Below are positions 59,830 to 64,000 of a stretch of 64,000 bases of DNA, one piece after another. Position 1 is the stretch's first letter. Each line of letters opens with the position of its first letter. The position numbers were made by a program, and so were the translations under genes. Source of the stretch: Candidatus Heimdallarchaeota archaeon (GTDB taxonomy: Archaea > Asgardarchaeota > Heimdallarchaeia > Heimdallarchaeales > Heimdallarchaeaceae). Where the stretch lies: contig DXJF01000114.1 of the NCBI GenBank assembly GCA_019057375.1, positions 32,001 through 96,000 of the forward strand, given 5' to 3'. A model generated the notes under the pieces. That model was not told the DNA's origin and searched no databases. It saw only the letters and a list, made by a program, of their open reading frames with translations.

Positions 59830-59888
59830 ATATTAGCTAGATTAAAGTTTTGTGTAAAGATATTAGCTAGATTAAAGTTTTGTGTAAA
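59830..59888. repeat. Tandem duplication, period 30 nt (29 nt identical x2)
   Basis: ATATTAGCTAGATTAAAGTTTTGTGTAAA repeated in the divergent intergenic region. Confidence 0.9.
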
Positions 59889-59979
59889 AACAATTTTTAG
59901 TTGTGAAAAGGATAGCGAAAGATTTTTGTAAAAATTATTTTTAGTAACACAATCATTATCAAAATAATCATTTAATTAT

Positions 59980-62697
59980 GTGAAAATCATGGCAAATGGA
60001 GAAATTATTAAGATAACAATTGATGGTAAGGAAATTGAATGTCACACGAATGAAACATATCTTTCTATTGCTGAAAGGAACGGTATTGAAATTCCAACAA
60101 TATGCCATCATCCTGCTTTAGAACCCGCAGCTAAATGTAGAGTGTGTGTTGTGGAAGAAATAATTGGTAATGTTTCAAAAACAGTAGCTTCCTGCAAAGA
60201 ACTTGCTAAACCAAATGCAATAATTAAAACAGATTCTGAAAGAATTTTAAGAACAAGAAAAGCGTTAATCACTAAATTTGCAAAATTACACACTGAAGAA
60301 TGTATTATTTGTGCAATCGGTCAAATTTGTAAGATTAAAACTCTTGAATTAGAACATTTGGATGAACCTGTAGAAATTGAGGAAAGGAAAGTAGATTTAC
60401 ATGAATCGAACGAATTCTTTTCGCTCAACTACGAAAACTGCATCAAATGTGGTATTTGTGTAAGAGTTTCCAGTGAACTACAAGTTTGTAATGTACTTTC
60501 TATGGAGAGAGGAAAATTTGATGGCTACCCCACCACACCAGACGGTGGTAGTTTTGAGAGTGCTGGCTGTGTAGCTTGTGGTAATTGTGTTGCACTCTGT
60601 CCAGTTGGAGCTCTTGTTAATCATCATGTACGAGATTCAGAACATTGGAAAAATTTAACCAGAACCACAACAGTTTGCTCTTATTGTGGTGTAGGGTGCA
60701 ATTTCGATGTTCTTGCAAACCCAAATACTAACACAATTTCTTATGTTGATTCAAATCATTACAATGTTGTTAATGGTGTGGCTCTCTGTGTAAAAGGCAG
60801 ATATGGTTGGGACTTTGTTAATCATCCAGAAAGGCTAAACACACCATTGATCAAGAAAGAAGGAGAATTTGTAGAAGCTTCTTGGGATGAAGCATTAGAT
60901 TTAGTTGAAAAGAAACTAAAAAGTATTCGAGATGAAAGTGGTCCGGGAGCTCTTGCTTTCCTAGCCTCTGCTAAATGCACTAACGAAGAGAATTATCTTA
61001 TGCAGAAGTTCGCAAGAGCAGCTGTTGGAACCAATAATGTAGATCATTGTGCAAGGTTATGTCATGCTTCAACTGTTACAGGACTCGCCAAAGCTTTTGG
61101 TTCAGGTGCTATGACTAATAGTATTGGTGATTTAACTAACGATGCTGAAGTAATATTCATAATAGGTAGCAATACAACAGAAGCTCATCCAGTTATTGGT
61201 ATAAAAATTAAACAAGCAGTCAAAAGAGAAGTCACAAAGCTGATTGTTGCAGATCCAAGAAGAATAGAACTTTCTGATTATTCAGAAATCTATCTACAAC
61301 AGAAACCAGGGTCGGATGTTGCTTTAATCAATGCTTTCATGAAAGTTATTCTAGATGAGAAACTACATGATGAAGAATTTATCAGAAGCAGAACAGAAGG
61401 TTTTGAAGAATTCAAAGAAGGCCTAAAGGACACATCGCTGGAATTACTCTGTAAAATCGCAAATGTTGATGTTGAAGAGGTTAAAGAAGCTGCTAGGCTA
61501 TATGCAAATGCCAAAACAGCTGTAATAGTTTACTCAATGGGTATAACTCAACATACCACTGGAACAGATAATGTCTTATCTCTAGCTAATCTTGCCATGA
61601 TAACTGGAAACATTGGACGTCCTGGTACTGGAGTCAATCCCCTAAGGGGTCAAAACAATGTTCAAGGTTCTTGTGATCTTGGAGGATTACCTAATGTTTA
61701 TCCCGGTTATCAACAAGTAACTGATCCAGAAAACAAAGCTAAATTTGAGAAAGCTTGGGGGGTTTCCAATCTTGATGACAAGGTAGGTTTAACAGTTGTA
61801 GAGGTAATGCATGCAGCTCATAGTGGAGACATTCGTGGAATTTACATTATGGGAGAAAATCCTGCTTTAAGTGATCCAAATCTAAATCATGTAAAAGAAG
61901 CTCTTGAAAACCTTGAATTCCTTGTAGTTCAAGACCTATTCCTCACTGAAACAGCAAAATACGCAGATGTCGTTCTTCCAGGAGTTTCTTTTGCTGAAAA
62001 AGATGGTACTTTCACAAATACAGAGAGGAGAGTTCAACGAGTTAGGAAAGCAATTAATCCAATAAATAACAGAAGAGATGATTGGGACATACTCCAAGAA
62101 ATGTTAAATCGTTTTGGAATTGAAGCAAATTATAGTAGTCCTAGTGACATTATGGATGAAGTAGCAACTCTATCCCCAATATATGGAGGGATAAGTTATG
62201 AAAGAATTAAGGAAATTGGTTTACAATGGCCTTGTAAAGACAAGGATCACGAAGGAACTAAAATACTCCATCAAGGAGAGTTTACTAGAGGAAGGGGTAA
62301 ATTCCATGCTATTTCCTACATAGATCCTGCAGAATTACCTGATGAGGAATATCCATACATGCTGACAACTGGTCGTATCTTATATCACTTCCATACAGGT
62401 GAAATGTCTCGCAGATCTAAAGGATTACATGAACGAAGACCTATTGAAAGAAGTGAGATTAACGTAAAAGATGCTGAAAAACTCGGCATTAAGAGTGGAG
62501 ATAAGATTACTATTGAATCAAGAAGAGGTCGTTTAACAACTGTTGCTAGAGTTACAGATAGAATCCAAGAAGGTTTAGTCTTCATGTCTTTCCATTACAA
62601 AGAATCTGCTGCAAACCTTCTAACTAATGATGCCTTAGATCCTCTAGCTAAAATTCCTGAATTCAAAGTATGCGCTATTAAAATATCTAAAGAATAG
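59980..62697 (+). CDS. fdhF: Formate dehydrogenase alpha subunit (Cys-type, Mo/W-bisPGD, N-terminal Fe-S modules)
   Basis: 2Fe-2S (CHHP..CRVC), H-x3-C-x2-C, two 4Fe-4S ferredoxin motifs, CSYCGVGC, CARLCH, LRGQNNVQG, PEFKVCA. Confidence 0.93.
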   Translation: MKIMANGEIIKITIDGKEIECHTNETYLSIAERNGIEIPTICHHPALEPAAKCRVCVVEEIIGNVSKTVASCKELAKPNAIIKTDSERILRTRKALITKFAKLHTEECIICAIGQICKIKTLELEHLDEPVEIEERKVDLHESNEFFSLNYENCIKCGICVRVSSELQVCNVLSMERGKFDGYPTTPDGGSFESAGCVACGNCVALCPVGALVNHHVRDSEHWKNLTRTTTVCSYCGVGCNFDVLANPNTNTISYVDSNHYNVVNGVALCVKGRYGWDFVNHPERLNTPLIKKEGEFVEASWDEALDLVEKKLKSIRDESGPGALAFLASAKCTNEENYLMQKFARAAVGTNNVDHCARLCHASTVTGLAKAFGSGAMTNSIGDLTNDAEVIFIIGSNTTEAHPVIGIKIKQAVKREVTKLIVADPRRIELSDYSEIYLQQKPGSDVALINAFMKVILDEKLHDEEFIRSRTEGFEEFKEGLKDTSLELLCKIANVDVEEVKEAARLYANAKTAVIVYSMGITQHTTGTDNVLSLANLAMITGNIGRPGTGVNPLRGQNNVQGSCDLGGLPNVYPGYQQVTDPENKAKFEKAWGVSNLDDKVGLTVVEVMHAAHSGDIRGIYIMGENPALSDPNLNHVKEALENLEFLVVQDLFLTETAKYADVVLPGVSFAEKDGTFTNTERRVQRVRKAINPINNRRDDWDILQEMLNRFGIEANYSSPSDIMDEVATLSPIYGGISYERIKEIGLQWPCKDKDHEGTKILHQGEFTRGRGKFHAISYIDPAELPDEEYPYMLTTGRILYHFHTGEMSRRSKGLHERRPIERSEINVKDAEKLGIKSGDKITIESRRGRLTTVARVTDRIQEGLVFMSFHYKESAANLLTNDALDPLAKIPEFKVCAIKISKE

Positions 62698-62708
62698 ACC
62701 TAGGAGAT

Positions 62709-63731
62709 TTATTTTATTCTTCTTGGTTCAATCTTCATTTTTTTTCTTAATTCCTTAATTTCAGCACTGATACTTGGTTTTCTCTCCCTAGGAAAATATT
62801 TAGCAAGATCATCCAAAGAGTGAAGAGCAAGAAAAGGCATTTCATTTTTAATCCAAAATTCATATTCTTTCTTCAACGATTCAATTCCAAATGCCTTGTA
62901 TTTTCCAATGGAAATTTTCTTTTGTTTCAAGAAATAAAAGGATAAAAGAAAAGCTGAGTAATAATTTTCAATTTCAATAAGAGTCTCAACGGTTTCATCT
63001 TCCTTGTTGTATCTAGTATCATCAAATGTAAAATTTGGCTGTTCTCTCTCGATTATTACTGAATTGGGGATATTAACTGCTGCTGAATTAGAATATTCTA
63101 TTCCTTCATTTTCGATATCAGGTTGAATATTAATGTTAGCGAAAATTTTGGAAGATAAATTATTTCTATCAAGTATTTCATTTATACTATAAACTTGAAT
63201 TTCATTAGAAAATCTAATTGGAACATCTGCTCTTGACAATGGAAGTTGAGAAAAGCTCTCTGGAAAAGATGCTTGTGCCCCGTATAGAGAAAGTAAAGGC
63301 TCAATCATACCATTATCATACCTGAGCAAACTTACTCCCCTTTTCATAACTTTTAAACCTCTTAAAATACTTAAGTCGAGATAGGGGCGATCTGAAGGGA
63401 TGAATTGAACTGAAGATTTTGTTCTCTTTTTAAGAGTTGAATAAATTCCTTTTAGAACACCATCTAAAGAGATTTTTCTTAAATCAACAGTGAAATCTAT
63501 ACTGATATTTGGTAAATAACCCTCTATAATCTCCTTATAATCACGCTTTCTAGAATTTGAATTTACAGAAATATTGATACCATCAAAAATTTCGTTTCCT
63601 TGAGCTAAAAGATGTATTAAAAGAGGTTCATTGTTAAAATGTAACAAAGCTTTGTCTAACCACTGACCATCTTTTTTCTGAAATCTTCTAGAATGGCCGC
63701 CTGCAAGAATAGTTAGTGTTCGATTAGACAT
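62709..63731 (-). CDS. mobA: MobA-like molybdenum cofactor guanylyltransferase with C-terminal extension
   Basis: ILAGGHSRRF...DKA, SDRPY, EPLLSLY, FANINIQPD; next to fdhF. Confidence 0.7.
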   Translation of the reverse strand: MSNRTLTILAGGHSRRFQKKDGQWLDKALLHFNNEPLLIHLLAQGNEIFDGINISVNSNSRKRDYKEIIEGYLPNISIDFTVDLRKISLDGVLKGIYSTLKKRTKSSVQFIPSDRPYLDLSILRGLKVMKRGVSLLRYDNGMIEPLLSLYGAQASFPESFSQLPLSRADVPIRFSNEIQVYSINEILDRNNLSSKIFANINIQPDIENEGIEYSNSAAVNIPNSVIIEREQPNFTFDDTRYNKEDETVETLIEIENYYSAFLLSFYFLKQKKISIGKYKAFGIESLKKEYEFWIKNEMPFLALHSLDDLAKYFPRERKPSISAEIKELRKKMKIEPRRIK

Positions 63732-63801
63732 TAAGAAAAATGTCTGCTTTCTCTATAAATGACTTTTGAAATGAAAAAGAAAATAAAAAAAGAAAATAGA
63801 A

Positions 63802-63999
63802 TTAGTAAGAATCTTCTGATTCTTCGTCTATTTTTGTTTCTACGGTATCTTCAACAGCTTCAGTGATTTCATCTACTTTTTCTTCGACAGCTTCTTCTAC
63901 AGCTTCTTCAGTAATTTCGTCTACAACCTTTTCAACTATATCTTCAGCTATATGTTCAGCTTTTTCTTCGCTTATACCTTCCGCTTTTTCAAGAACATC
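63802..63999 (-). CDS. 3' end of a protein with HhH-like motif and very acidic tail (partial)
   Basis: DVLEKAEGISEEKAEHIAEDIVEKVVDEITEEAVEEAVEEKVDEITEAVEDTVETKIDEESEDSY*. Confidence 0.6.
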   Translation of the reverse strand, partial: DVLEKAEGISEEKAEHIAEDIVEKVVDEITEEAVEEAVEEKVDEITEAVEDTVETKIDEESEDSY

Positions 64000-64000
64000 T

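Noticed and set aside
59980-62697. Selenocysteine-containing formate dehydrogenase
   Set aside because: The active site is CARLCH with a Cys codon and there is no in-frame TGA. No other stop-readthrough candidates were evident in the window.
63802-63999. Repetitive GAA/GCT-rich sequence
   Set aside because: Coding low-complexity acidic tail of a truncated ORF; cannot be identified without the upstream part.

Overview
Low-GC archaeal chromosomal window. It is most likely from an Asgard (Heimdallarchaeia-like) genome; this is inferred from intron-containing tRNAs, AGGTGA-type RBSs, an archaeal DTD2, and Arf-like and PCI-like proteins, with no database search run. Most of the window is housekeeping and metabolic genes: NUDIX, IlvA, CysK, a dpp/opp ABC operon, CysRS, hydantoinase A/B, NadX, Acr3, ArgF, DTD2, an orphan DNA methyltransferase, FdhF and MobA. 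There are five intact tRNAs: Val-GAC (anticodon-loop intron), Asn, Thr, Ala and Phe (T-loop intron). The most striking structure is at 4.3-8.8 kb, where a second, intron-less tRNA-Val(GAC) gene is split in its T-arm. Its 3' piece (4299-4321) and its 5' piece with promoter (8655-8770) have mutually complementary T-stem strands. They bracket a 4.3-kb cassette holding a beta-helix surface-protein gene, an intact intron-bearing tRNA-Val copy, and a large TnpB-like gene with a RuvC-III Asp>His change. The predicted omega-RNA of that gene ends in a guide identical to the split tRNA allele. A second accessory region (37.5-49.4 kb) carries three HEPN-motif proteins, a HerA-like ATPase, a TnpB with a Fanzor-type rearranged RuvC site, and an HNH/multi-zinc-finger/B-box protein. 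Other oddities are a DppB fused to an LVIVD beta-propeller in an operon lacking a binding protein, a degenerate Arf-like GTPase, and a dispersed ~80-nt GAAGCTAGC-bounded repeat downstream of two tRNAs.
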